Source: an uncultured Oscillospiraceae bacterium (GTDB lineage: Bacteria; Bacillota; Clostridia; Oscillospirales; Oscillospiraceae). Taken from it: 64,000 nt of DNA. The position numbers and the translations under genes are program-made. Positions 52,711 to 60,363 of the stretch are shown here, in pieces. The stretch covers positions 1,103 through 65,102 of the forward strand of contig CAYLVH010000001.1 of NCBI GenBank assembly GCA_964387095.1, written 5' to 3'. The stretch's first letter is position 1, and each line of letters starts with the position of its first letter. The notes beneath the pieces are model-generated. The model ran no database searches. It saw nothing but the letters and a program-made list of their open reading frames with translations, and was not told the origin of the DNA.

Positions 52711-52803
52711 GTGATGAAATCCATCCTTTCCCATTGAGATTCCGTTTTCATCAATTTCCTTTGCAGGGGCAACTACCCTGTAAAGAGATGTCAGTCATAA
52801 TCT

Positions 52804-52829
52804 CACAGCCCCGCGCAAGCGGGGCTGTG
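52804..52829 (-). terminator. GC-rich hairpin (11-bp stem, GCAA loop) after the beta-1 gene, with no U-tract
   Basis: CACAGCCCCGC-GCAA-GCGGGGCTGTG lies 12 nt after the stop at 52841. It may be a stabiliser or partial terminator rather than a full stop. Confidence 0.4.
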
Positions 52830-52840
52830 TTCATGCGTAC

Positions 52841-53710
52841 TTAGGCCTGTTCCAGGTAGGTGATGCCCACATAATGGTCATGGTCGGTGCGCTCACCAGT
52901 ATAGACCACGGGCTTGAAACCAGGATACGTGATTTCCACCGTCCAGGACTTGCCCTTGGGCAGGTCCTCAAACTCATAATCCCCTGCCCAATTGGTTTCC
53001 GTCTCATACATGGTGCCGCACTCTTCACAGGTAATCTTGACCTTGGCCCCAATGCAGACCTCTTCCAGCTCCTTGGGATAGGCAACGGTGCCGGCCAGGA
53101 ACGTGGAGGGGATGTTCAGATGGACCACGCTGGAGCCTTCGTCGCCCAGACACTCCAGCTGAGTGACCTTATTGGCGGCGATCAGCTTGGAAATCTCACT
53201 GTCGGGATCCGCCAGGTCGCCAAAGACCAGGGCCTGGTTGGGACATGCCTCCACGCAGCGGGGCTCAAAGCCGGGATAGTCAGGATCGTCTAAAAGCTCC
53301 GCGCACATGGTACACTTCTGGGGGATCTGCTCCTCCTCATTCCAGAACACGGCACCAACGGGACATGCATCCACAATCTGCTTCTGACCCTTGGACTTCT
53401 CCGGGTCGATGATGACAATGCCATCCGGGCGCTTATAAACCGCGCCGTCCTTGGCGACCGCCATGCAGGCGGGGTGATCGCAATGGGAGCAGGGCGTGGG
53501 GACGGTGGCCGTCTTGATGCGGCGCTCATTGTCTCCCCGCTCCCACTCAATAATATTCATCCAATACTGGTCCAGTTCGGGCTGAGACTTTGTCAGCGCG
53601 GAATCCCAGCCGCAATGCTCATCCTTGCAGGCCATAAAACATGCATAGCAAGCCATGCACCGCGCGGAATTGATGGCGATGCCGGGCTTCTTCATGGGTT
53701 TTTTCATCAT
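52841..53710 (-). CDS. 4Fe-4S subunit (beta-1) of a pyrogallol-transhydroxylase-like molybdoenzyme, with C-terminal Ig/carboxypeptidase-regulatory-like domain
   Basis: 289 aa with the Cys groups CMACYACFMAC, CSHCDHPAC, CPVGAVFWNEEEQIPQKCTMCAELLDD and CVEACP, and a C-terminal beta-rich domain (GAKVKITCEE...YEFEDLPKGKSWTVE). Confidence 0.8.
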   Translation of the reverse strand: MMKKPMKKPGIAINSARCMACYACFMACKDEHCGWDSALTKSQPELDQYWMNIIEWERGDNERRIKTATVPTPCSHCDHPACMAVAKDGAVYKRPDGIVIIDPEKSKGQKQIVDACPVGAVFWNEEEQIPQKCTMCAELLDDPDYPGFEPRCVEACPNQALVFGDLADPDSEISKLIAANKVTQLECLGDEGSSVVHLNIPSTFLAGTVAYPKELEEVCIGAKVKITCEECGTMYETETNWAGDYEFEDLPKGKSWTVEITYPGFKPVVYTGERTDHDHYVGITYLEQA

Positions 53711-53725
53711 AGTTACATTCCCTCC

Positions 53726-56440
53726 TTAGAGTCCGTTCTCGCCCCAGAGCAGGTCAGCCTGGGCAGAGGTGCGAATCGGGCGTCCGATTTCCAGCTGCTG
53801 CTTGTCAACAGCATCCAGAATGTGCTCGAAGCCTTGGCCATAGTTGGGATCAGGCTCGCACTTTTCTATATCAATATTGCAGCTGTACGGAGCCATAGCG
53901 GGAACATACTCACCAATCAGGCGCCCGGGGGTCAGCAGGTTGATACTGCCGCCCTTATCCCAGCTCTTATACTCACCGTACTGAATGGGATTATAAATGC
54001 CGGAGGAGGTATACGCATGGATGGTTTCAGGGTTCACACGATAGGTTACACGGGCAACCATCAGGCAGCTGCCCCGGTCATTGAATAGGCGGACAACGTC
54101 ACCGTCCTTGATGCCCTTCATCTCCGCGATCTTGTGGTTAATATGACAGACCAGGTAGGGGTTGCCATTGATAATGACACGGTTCTTGGGGATCTCCCAC
54201 AGCCACTTGGCGTGCTGATTATAATGGGTGTGATAATCGAAGCGGGGATGGGGGGAGATCAGGCCGAAGGGATACTTATCTGCGGACAGGGACTTGAAGC
54301 CCTCCCAGGAATCCTGATACTGGGGGATGGGACGGCGGGCTTCGTCATCCGGCGCCCAGTAGGTGATGGACTCAGAGACAAACTCGAACTTGCCCGAGAA
54401 GGTGCCCAGCATGCACTCCTCCTGGAACGGCTTGTGGTTCATGGTGTCGCAGGGGCGGTTCTCAGCAAACCACTGGAAGCCGGGATACCGGTCCCAATTC
54501 TCATACAGGCCGGTCTTAGGATCCTTATTCTCCTCCTTATAGGAGACAGGCGGGATGTAATAACCCTTCTTCTTGAAGTCCTCCCAGGAAATGTGCTTGG
54601 GCAGGTCGGAGAACTGCCAGAAGCGCTTTGCCCACTGCTCCTCATCCCGGCCTTCGGTGAAGCGCTCGCCCCAGCCCAGACGCGCCGCCACCTGGGAGAA
54701 GATCCAGAAGTCAGAGCGGGAATCCCACATTGGCTCAATGGCCTTATCCTGGTAGACAATGATCTGCCAGGAGTTGCCGGTCTGGGAGTGGGAGCAATAA
54801 CCGCCGTTGCCGGAGTTGCCCACTTCACCGATGTCTATGCGCTCCAGGTTGGAGCAGGCAGGCAGGATCACATCCGCGTGACGGGTCTCGGGAGTCATAT
54901 AGATGTCCTGGTTGATGACAAATTCCAGCTCCGGGCTCTTATACATCTTCACCCACTTATTGGTGTCCAGCATGGTGCCCAAGAAGGAACCGCCGTAACG
55001 CCAGAAGCAGTGAACCTTGTTATAGCCGGGCGCGGGATAGACATGGCGGGTAAACTCCAGGTCCACACCGCCGCCGCAGAAGCCCTCGCCGTACCACTCA
55101 TAGTGGCCGTCGAGAATCGCGTCAGGCAAATTGGGACGATAGAGGACCTGCTCAACCGGGTTCACCGGCACATCGTCACAGATGGGAGCGCCAGCGATGG
55201 AGCTAAGGGGATCGGAATAGCCGCCGAACCAGAAGTTATAGTTCATGGGGCCACCGCAGGCGGGGGACCAGAAGGCGCGGCCGGGCTTGCCCATGCCCTG
55301 CATGGCAAAGAGCAGGGTCATCAGGCGGGCATACTCAGTGCCGTTGGAATGACGGCAGGCGCCGCCGAAGCCGCCGCGCATGCCGGAACCGCCGGTGGTG
55401 ACGGTTTTCGCCCAGCGGCGGGCGATGGCCTTGATATCCATGGCGGGAACCAGGGACAGTTCTTCTGCCCACTTGGGCGTCTTTGGCGTGCCGTCCGGGC
55501 CCAGGCCCAGGATGTGGTTCTTAAACTCCTCAAAGCGGTGGCCATGCTGTGCCACATACTCTTTATCGTACAGATCCTCGGTGATCCACACATAGGCAAT
55601 GGCTTCCAGGATGGCAGCGTCGGTGCCCATCCGGGGGCCGATCCACTTGTCGGCATGCTTCACAGAGGTATAGTTGTTGAAGGGGTCGATATAGATGAAT
55701 TCAATGCCCATCTCCTTCATCCACCAGCGCCACAGGGCAGACTCCTGGGCGGAGTAGCCGCCCCGGGTGGTATCCGGGTCCGTGGACCAGCAGATGATGG
55801 TTTCCGTATTCTGCATGGCCATTTCCAGCATATCATAGGGCTCCGGACCGCCCAGGCGCCAATAGTAGCCGTAGGAGTGGGGGGTGCCCCAGTGGAAACC
55901 CTCCCAGGAGTCCGGGTTATCCGCGACGCGGGTATACCCCATCATGGAGAAGAAGCGCTTAAACAGGGAGATCTTGTAGCCCACCAGGCCCCAGGAATGG
56001 TGGGAGGAGGTACAGGCGGTAATGGTCTCCTTGCCATAGGTCTTATGCAGGCGCTTGATCTCACGGGCCACCAGGCTCAGCGCCTCGTCCCAGGTAGCCC
56101 GGCGATAGCCGGACTTGCCCCGGTTTTCCGTGTTGCGGTTCTTACCGTCGGGGGTCTCCACGAAGTCCTCCCGAATCATGGGGTACTTCAGGCGGTCATA
56201 TGCGTAGGTCTTATCCCGCTCGCAGTAGCCCAACAGGGACATGGTGGTCTTGCGCTGGGGGGTGTACTCCTTGCCCCGGGCCTTGATGACCCAGCCGGCA
56301 GGATCGTCGTCCGTCAGGACAATGGGGCGAACGCGGCGAATGACACCGTCAATGGTATGTAGGGTCATGGGGCCGCCGACGCACACACTGTGGGTGATAC
56401 GTTCTCTCTTGCTATCGGAACGCCTGGCTATTTTATCCAT
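53726..56440 (-). CDS. molybdopterin (bis-MGD) oxidoreductase large subunit alpha-1, pyrogallol hydroxytransferase-like, cytoplasmic
   Basis: 904 aa with no twin-arginine signal and no N-terminal Fe-S Cys motif. The blocks CTSSHHSWG, DSWEGFHWG, WSTDPDTT, GTPKTPKWAEE, GGACRHSNG and GMGKPG match my recollection of the Pelobacter transhydroxylase family. Confidence 0.8.
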   Translation of the reverse strand: MDKIARRSDSKRERITHSVCVGGPMTLHTIDGVIRRVRPIVLTDDDPAGWVIKARGKEYTPQRKTTMSLLGYCERDKTYAYDRLKYPMIREDFVETPDGKNRNTENRGKSGYRRATWDEALSLVAREIKRLHKTYGKETITACTSSHHSWGLVGYKISLFKRFFSMMGYTRVADNPDSWEGFHWGTPHSYGYYWRLGGPEPYDMLEMAMQNTETIICWSTDPDTTRGGYSAQESALWRWWMKEMGIEFIYIDPFNNYTSVKHADKWIGPRMGTDAAILEAIAYVWITEDLYDKEYVAQHGHRFEEFKNHILGLGPDGTPKTPKWAEELSLVPAMDIKAIARRWAKTVTTGGSGMRGGFGGACRHSNGTEYARLMTLLFAMQGMGKPGRAFWSPACGGPMNYNFWFGGYSDPLSSIAGAPICDDVPVNPVEQVLYRPNLPDAILDGHYEWYGEGFCGGGVDLEFTRHVYPAPGYNKVHCFWRYGGSFLGTMLDTNKWVKMYKSPELEFVINQDIYMTPETRHADVILPACSNLERIDIGEVGNSGNGGYCSHSQTGNSWQIIVYQDKAIEPMWDSRSDFWIFSQVAARLGWGERFTEGRDEEQWAKRFWQFSDLPKHISWEDFKKKGYYIPPVSYKEENKDPKTGLYENWDRYPGFQWFAENRPCDTMNHKPFQEECMLGTFSGKFEFVSESITYWAPDDEARRPIPQYQDSWEGFKSLSADKYPFGLISPHPRFDYHTHYNQHAKWLWEIPKNRVIINGNPYLVCHINHKIAEMKGIKDGDVVRLFNDRGSCLMVARVTYRVNPETIHAYTSSGIYNPIQYGEYKSWDKGGSINLLTPGRLIGEYVPAMAPYSCNIDIEKCEPDPNYGQGFEHILDAVDKQQLEIGRPIRTSAQADLLWGENGL

Positions 56441-56455
56441 ATTGCGTGTTCCTCC

Positions 56456-56977
56456 TTAATCCACTTCAATCATCTGACGGGCATACTCGGACCGGGGATC
56501 AATCTCCACCATATTGCCCACATATTTGCCGTCCTTGCGCTCAAAGCAGCGCATATCAAAGTCCTCAATGACGGGAATCCAGAACACACGGCCGTCAGGT
56601 CCCTGATAGTGCTTGCCCAGGTGGTACTGATGCAGCAGCAGATCCTGGGTGCCGCCAGGGACATCGAAGGTCTTCCGGGCCTCGGCATAGTGCAAATTCA
56701 GGAAGCTAGGATCCACAACCCCATAGCGCTCAAACCGCATAGGTCCGATGTTCTTCCAGTCATCCTTCAGGGAGTTAAAGGTCTCCACAATGACATCATA
56801 TACATCGGTGCCGGGCATGCCGCAGCCCTCAAAGCCCTCGTACCAGACACGGAAGGCGCACATATGCTCGCTGGGATGGTCCTTCAGGATGTCCTTCACA
56901 CGCTGAACCAGCTCGTCCTTCTCCATGGTGACAAGTCCCTCCGGAAGATGGAGCACATATTTTTTAACCAGATCCAT
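56456..56977 (-). CDS. hypothetical protein (173 aa), co-operonic with alpha-1
   Basis: GGAGGAAGA lies 5 nt before the ATG, and its stop is 15 nt before the alpha-1 start. No domain recognised. Confidence 0.65.
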   Translation of the reverse strand: MDLVKKYVLHLPEGLVTMEKDELVQRVKDILKDHPSEHMCAFRVWYEGFEGCGMPGTDVYDVIVETFNSLKDDWKNIGPMRFERYGVVDPSFLNLHYAEARKTFDVPGGTQDLLLHQYHLGKHYQGPDGRVFWIPVIEDFDMRCFERKDGKYVGNMVEIDPRSEYARQMIEVD

Positions 56978-56989
56978 CGTTCTTCCTCC

Positions 56990-57289
56990 TTATCGAATCA
57001 CATGGTTGCCCACCAGGTCGCCCAGTTCCTCGGTGCGACCGCTCTTGCGGGCATCGCCATAGCCATAGCTCCAGTCCCCCGGCAGGTCGTAAATGGCGAC
57101 GCACTTGGCCTCGCCAAGCGCAACGCCGGTGCCGTAATATTCCTTCTGCAGCTGCTCCTGAGCCAAGACCTTGGCCTCGTTCTCGTCTTCCGCACAAACA
57201 GTAGCTTTAGCGGTGGCGCAGAACACATATTTCGGCTCCGTGGGCTTTTCCAGCTGCTTTTTGGCAGCTTCAAAAACATACTTCTTCAT
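56990..57289 (-). CDS. hypothetical protein (99 aa)
   Basis: AGGAGG lies 10 nt before the ATG, with 12-nt and 15-nt gaps to its neighbours. Two other overlapping minus-strand frames in the track lack an RBS. Confidence 0.6.
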   Translation of the reverse strand: MKKYVFEAAKKQLEKPTEPKYVFCATAKATVCAEDENEAKVLAQEQLQKEYYGTGVALGEAKCVAIYDLPGDWSYGYGDARKSGRTEELGDLVGNHVIR

Positions 57290-57304
57290 TTGGACCCCGC
57301 CTCC

Positions 57305-57769
57305 TTAGTACATTCTGCTGTCCGGGATCTCACGGCCGTTGATCCAGGGATCATACTTGGCCATGAAGCTCTGATCGTCGCCCTCAAAGCCATACTGGCC
57401 CAGCTCAGAGGGATGGACCCACTTGAACTCGGAATAGATCTCACTCTTGGGTTCCGCCTGCCACTTGCGCACCGCCTCATAGTAACAGTGGTAATCGCAC
57501 TTGGTATGGGTATTGTGGGTGATATTGCCACACATGATATGTTCAACATAGCCGTCTTCCGGCTTCTTATGCCCAATGGTAATCAGCTTGCCGGCGGTCA
57601 CCTTCAGGCCCAGCTGCTCCCAGGCAAGGCGCTCCACCGCTTCCTGCTCCGTCTCACTGGTGTGGACGTGGTCATGGGGAAACTCCCAAACGCCGTTCTG
57701 GTTTTTTCCAATCAGCACATCCCCCGTGGGGCCCGCGTGGTGCTGGATCAAGGCAGAAATATAAATCAT
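57305..57769 (-). CDS. Nudix-fold protein with degenerate Nudix box (154 aa)
   Basis: GVWEFPHDHVHTSETEQEAVERLAWEQLGL aligns with the MutT box Gx5Ex7REUxEExGU, but REL.EE has become RLAWEQ and the leading Gly is Asp. The sequence is rich in His and Cys. Confidence 0.6.
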   Translation of the reverse strand: MIYISALIQHHAGPTGDVLIGKNQNGVWEFPHDHVHTSETEQEAVERLAWEQLGLKVTAGKLITIGHKKPEDGYVEHIMCGNITHNTHTKCDYHCYYEAVRKWQAEPKSEIYSEFKWVHPSELGQYGFEGDDQSFMAKYDPWINGREIPDSRMY

Positions 57770-57796
57770 ACAGGATACACCTTCTTCCCCATCCGA

Positions 57797-57994
57797 TTAC
57801 AGTGTGTATTGATGCTCTTCAAGCTGGTAGCCCTCCGCTTCCAGCTGAGCGCCAACCCGTTCACGGAACTGCCGGACAGTCTCCTGCCGCACGTCCCGGT
57901 CAATTCTCTTCACCTCTACGCCGTCTTCGCAGACGCTGGCCCACTCGGTAAAACCGCCGCGGGTACTCCGACATACAAATTTATAGGTTTTCAA
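57797..57994 (-). CDS. hypothetical protein (65 aa), TTG start
   Basis: AAGGAGGA lies 6 nt before TTG 57994, and the start is 3 nt from the upstream stop. No domain recognised. Confidence 0.55.
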   Translation of the reverse strand: MKTYKFVCRSTRGGFTEWASVCEDGVEVKRIDRDVRQETVRQFRERVGAQLEAEGYQLEEHQYTL

Positions 57995-57997
57995 GGT

Positions 57998-58462
57998 TTA
58001 TCCTCCTTCACTTTCACGATCTTTGGGTGCGTCCTTCCAGCTCATAAAGTCAGTATCCTCCGCAGGAAGCTGTCCCGTGGCGTCCAGATACGCGATAATG
58101 CCCTTTTCCGCCGCAACCATGACCCCCATGGGATTCATGTTCTGCTTCGGCGTGATCTCAAACAGCTGATCCGCCTGCTTCGCCAGGTTCTTCAGCATGG
58201 CGGTATGCTTTTCATTGATGGGCCAGGCCTTATATCTCCCCTCTTCCGCATCCAGGGGATGGATAAAGCACTGATACGCGTTCTGGGCAATGAACATATA
58301 CATAATCTCCATTTCCGACAGCACACCCACCATTTTCGCGCTATTTAGAGCAAGCATAATCTTGTCTCCATCCTTCGCCATAAGCCGGAGGCGAACATCC
58401 CGGTCGTGGTTGGCCCGGTCCGTCCGCTTGCGGCTGTCTCCTGGTTTTCTCTTTTCACTCAT
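57998..58462 (-). CDS. hypothetical protein (up to 154 aa; start uncertain)
   Basis: It is the first ORF of the unit. ATG 58462 has a poor RBS, whereas the internal ATG 58357 (MLALNSAK...) follows AAGGATGGAG with 8-nt spacing. If the long form is used, the N-terminus is basic. Confidence 0.5.
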   Translation of the reverse strand: MSEKRKPGDSRKRTDRANHDRDVRLRLMAKDGDKIMLALNSAKMVGVLSEMEIMYMFIAQNAYQCFIHPLDAEEGRYKAWPINEKHTAMLKNLAKQADQLFEITPKQNMNPMGVMVAAEKGIIAYLDATGQLPAEDTDFMSWKDAPKDRESEGG

Positions 58463-58656
58463 CTCTCGATCTTAACACCTCGTCTCCAGCTTCCGAACTG
58501 CTAAATGGGCACACTACACCCCATTAACACCATTTTATTTTAAACCATAGAACGATTCCAATGTCAATTGGATTTTCCTGTAAAAAAGCGTAACCATTCC
58601 GACACGAAAAAACCGAAAATTTAAAAATTCGTCTATTTTCAAGGGCTTCTCCTTTT

Positions 58657-58682
58657 TTGTCACAACCAATGGGTTGTGACAA
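58657..58682. promoter_or_regulatory. palindrome TTGTCACAACC-AATG-GGTTGTGACAA upstream of the first molybdoenzyme unit (copy A)
   Basis: It has perfect 11-bp arms preceded by T6. A 20-nt core, TGTCACAACCAATGGGTTGT, is identical to copy B at 63264-63283. Confidence 0.6.
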
Positions 58683-58835
58683 GGTGACATTTCTCTGTTT
58701 CCAGGCCGCGCTTAACCAGGGGAGGTTCAGGTCAAAAAAGATTCCATATTTTTGACCTTAGGGACAAAACCGGATTTTCCCTGGAAGCCAATCAGCACAC
58801 CCCTGCGGAGAACCTTGGCAGGGGACTTTTGCCGG

Positions 58836-59495
58836 TTATTGCTTTGCTTCCTCCAGCGCGCTGAACAGGGGGGCCATCTTAATTTTCGGGAACAGCCGCT
58901 GGGACAGACCCACAAAGCGGCCGGTAAGCAGCACCGCCGCAACGGAGCTGATGCCCACGCTGGCCAGGGAATGCGTGGAAATCAAATTGATGACAATTGC
59001 CAGCACCACATAGACCGCATCCATAATCATCTTCACATTGGACAGCTTCTTGTGGTAGACTTGGCTGATCACGTTGTTCAGCTCGTCCGGCGCCGGGAGC
59101 ATCAGGTCGCAGCCGCTGATCAGCGCCACGCCAAGGCCCTGGATGGCAATCCCGAGAATTAATACAATACACTTTTGCCAGATCGCCAGCTGGGGATTCC
59201 AAAGCCACATGAAGAAATCCACCAGATAGCCAAAGGGGACTCCCACACATAAGGTGAGCACGCTTTTCAGCGCCACCCTGCGCTGCACCAGGATCTGCGC
59301 CACCGCGCAGATGACATGCAGCAAAATGGTGGCGTTCCCCAGCGTCAGCGGGGTGATATTCGCCACAGCATCCGGCACAGCGGTGATGGGCGACACGCCC
59401 CAGGCCGTTCGCTTGAGCATAACCAGCCCAATGGCCATGCAGACAATTCCCGCCACATATTGTGTAATTCTTCTTACCACCTGTTTTGATTTCAT
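58836..59495 (-). CDS. YczE/YitT-like polytopic membrane protein (candidate transporter)
   Basis: ORF track 58836..59513; the start is ATG 59495 (MKSKQVV) after AAGAGG. It has 5-6 helices and a GVSPITAVPD motif reminiscent of COG2364 proteins. Confidence 0.55.
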   Translation of the reverse strand: MKSKQVVRRITQYVAGIVCMAIGLVMLKRTAWGVSPITAVPDAVANITPLTLGNATILLHVICAVAQILVQRRVALKSVLTLCVGVPFGYLVDFFMWLWNPQLAIWQKCIVLILGIAIQGLGVALISGCDLMLPAPDELNNVISQVYHKKLSNVKMIMDAVYVVLAIVINLISTHSLASVGISSVAAVLLTGRFVGLSQRLFPKIKMAPLFSALEEAKQ

Positions 59496-59547
59496 GTTCT
59501 GACCTCTTTTCAAGCCGTCTCCCGGCGGCCAGGATTCTTATATACCA

Positions 59548-60360
59548 TTATTTTTCCAGGGGAATGTCCCCCAGGTTGGGACAGCTCTTGGTCTCCAGCT
59601 CCTCAAAGCTCCGGGGCTGAAAGCCCGAGGCCTGGATGGTGACTTTTGCCCTGGTCTCCAGCAGATCCTTGAACCAAAAATCACCGAAGTCATCCGTGGT
59701 GGTCTCCCTTGTGGTCCCATCAACCAGGGTGAGCGTGACCTTGGCCCCGATGATGACTTCCTCCTCCTCCGGATCATAGACCAGCCCCCCCAGGAAGCAG
59801 CCGGGAATATTCCGGTAATAGACCCGGGGCCTGGCGCCGTACTCCGGATGGAGCACCACCGCATCCTTGAGTAGGTCGGCCAGCTCCTCCTCATCGCCAA
59901 ATTTCATGGCGTCGGTGGGGCAGGCCTCCACACAGCGGGGCACCTTGGCGCCATGATCCAACAGGTGGGCACAGCCAGTGCACTTCTGTGGCAGGTTCAG
60001 CTCCTCATTCCAGAAGATCTTGCCATAGGAGCAGGCCTCCACCAGGCCTTTCTGCCCCAGGGCCTTCTCCGGGTCAATGACCACCAGGCCATCCGGGCGG
60101 CGATAGACGGCGCCATTCTCTGCGGCGGCCATGCAGGGCGCATCCTCGCAGTGGTTGCACAGGGTGAGGATGTAATGGATCTTCACCTTGGGGATGGTGC
60201 CCCTGGGGTGATCGGTGACCTTGCACCAGAACTGACCCGTGGCGGGTTGGGGCGCCGCATAGGGCCGCCAATCGTTTTCACAATGCTCATCCTTGCAGGA
60301 GAGCTGACAGTTGTAGCAGCCGGAACACCGGGCCACATCAATGACAAACACCTTAGACAT
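59548..60360 (-). CDS. 4Fe-4S subunit (beta-2) of a second pyrogallol-transhydroxylase-like enzyme
   Basis: 270 aa, MSKVFVIDVARCSGCYNCQLSCKDEH, CNHCEDAPC, CSYGKIFWNEELNLPQKCTGCAHLLD, CVEACP, PRVYYRNIP, then an Ig-like tail (GAKVTLTLVDG...FGDFWFKDL). Confidence 0.85.
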   Translation of the reverse strand: MSKVFVIDVARCSGCYNCQLSCKDEHCENDWRPYAAPQPATGQFWCKVTDHPRGTIPKVKIHYILTLCNHCEDAPCMAAAENGAVYRRPDGLVVIDPEKALGQKGLVEACSYGKIFWNEELNLPQKCTGCAHLLDHGAKVPRCVEACPTDAMKFGDEEELADLLKDAVVLHPEYGARPRVYYRNIPGCFLGGLVYDPEEEEVIIGAKVTLTLVDGTTRETTTDDFGDFWFKDLLETRAKVTIQASGFQPRSFEELETKSCPNLGDIPLEK

Positions 60361-60363
60361 TGC

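Noticed and set aside
51448-52737. 429-aa plus-strand ORF opposite the thiolase
   Set aside because: It mirrors the thiolase gene almost end to end, and the thiolase motifs are only in the minus frame.
54134-58348. Plus-strand ORFs 54134..56362 (742 aa) and 56390..58348 (652 aa)
   Set aside because: They lie antisense to alpha-1 and to the five small co-directional ORFs, each of which (apart from the uncertain-start first ORF) has an AGGAGG site. The plus frames have no RBS and low-complexity composition.
58657-58682. Reading the shared palindromes as intrinsic terminators
   Set aside because: In both copies the T-run precedes the hairpin on the plus strand (an A-run follows it on the minus strand). 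That is the reverse of terminator geometry on either strand. Separate terminator-like hairpins exist at about 58728-58757 and 58801-58825.
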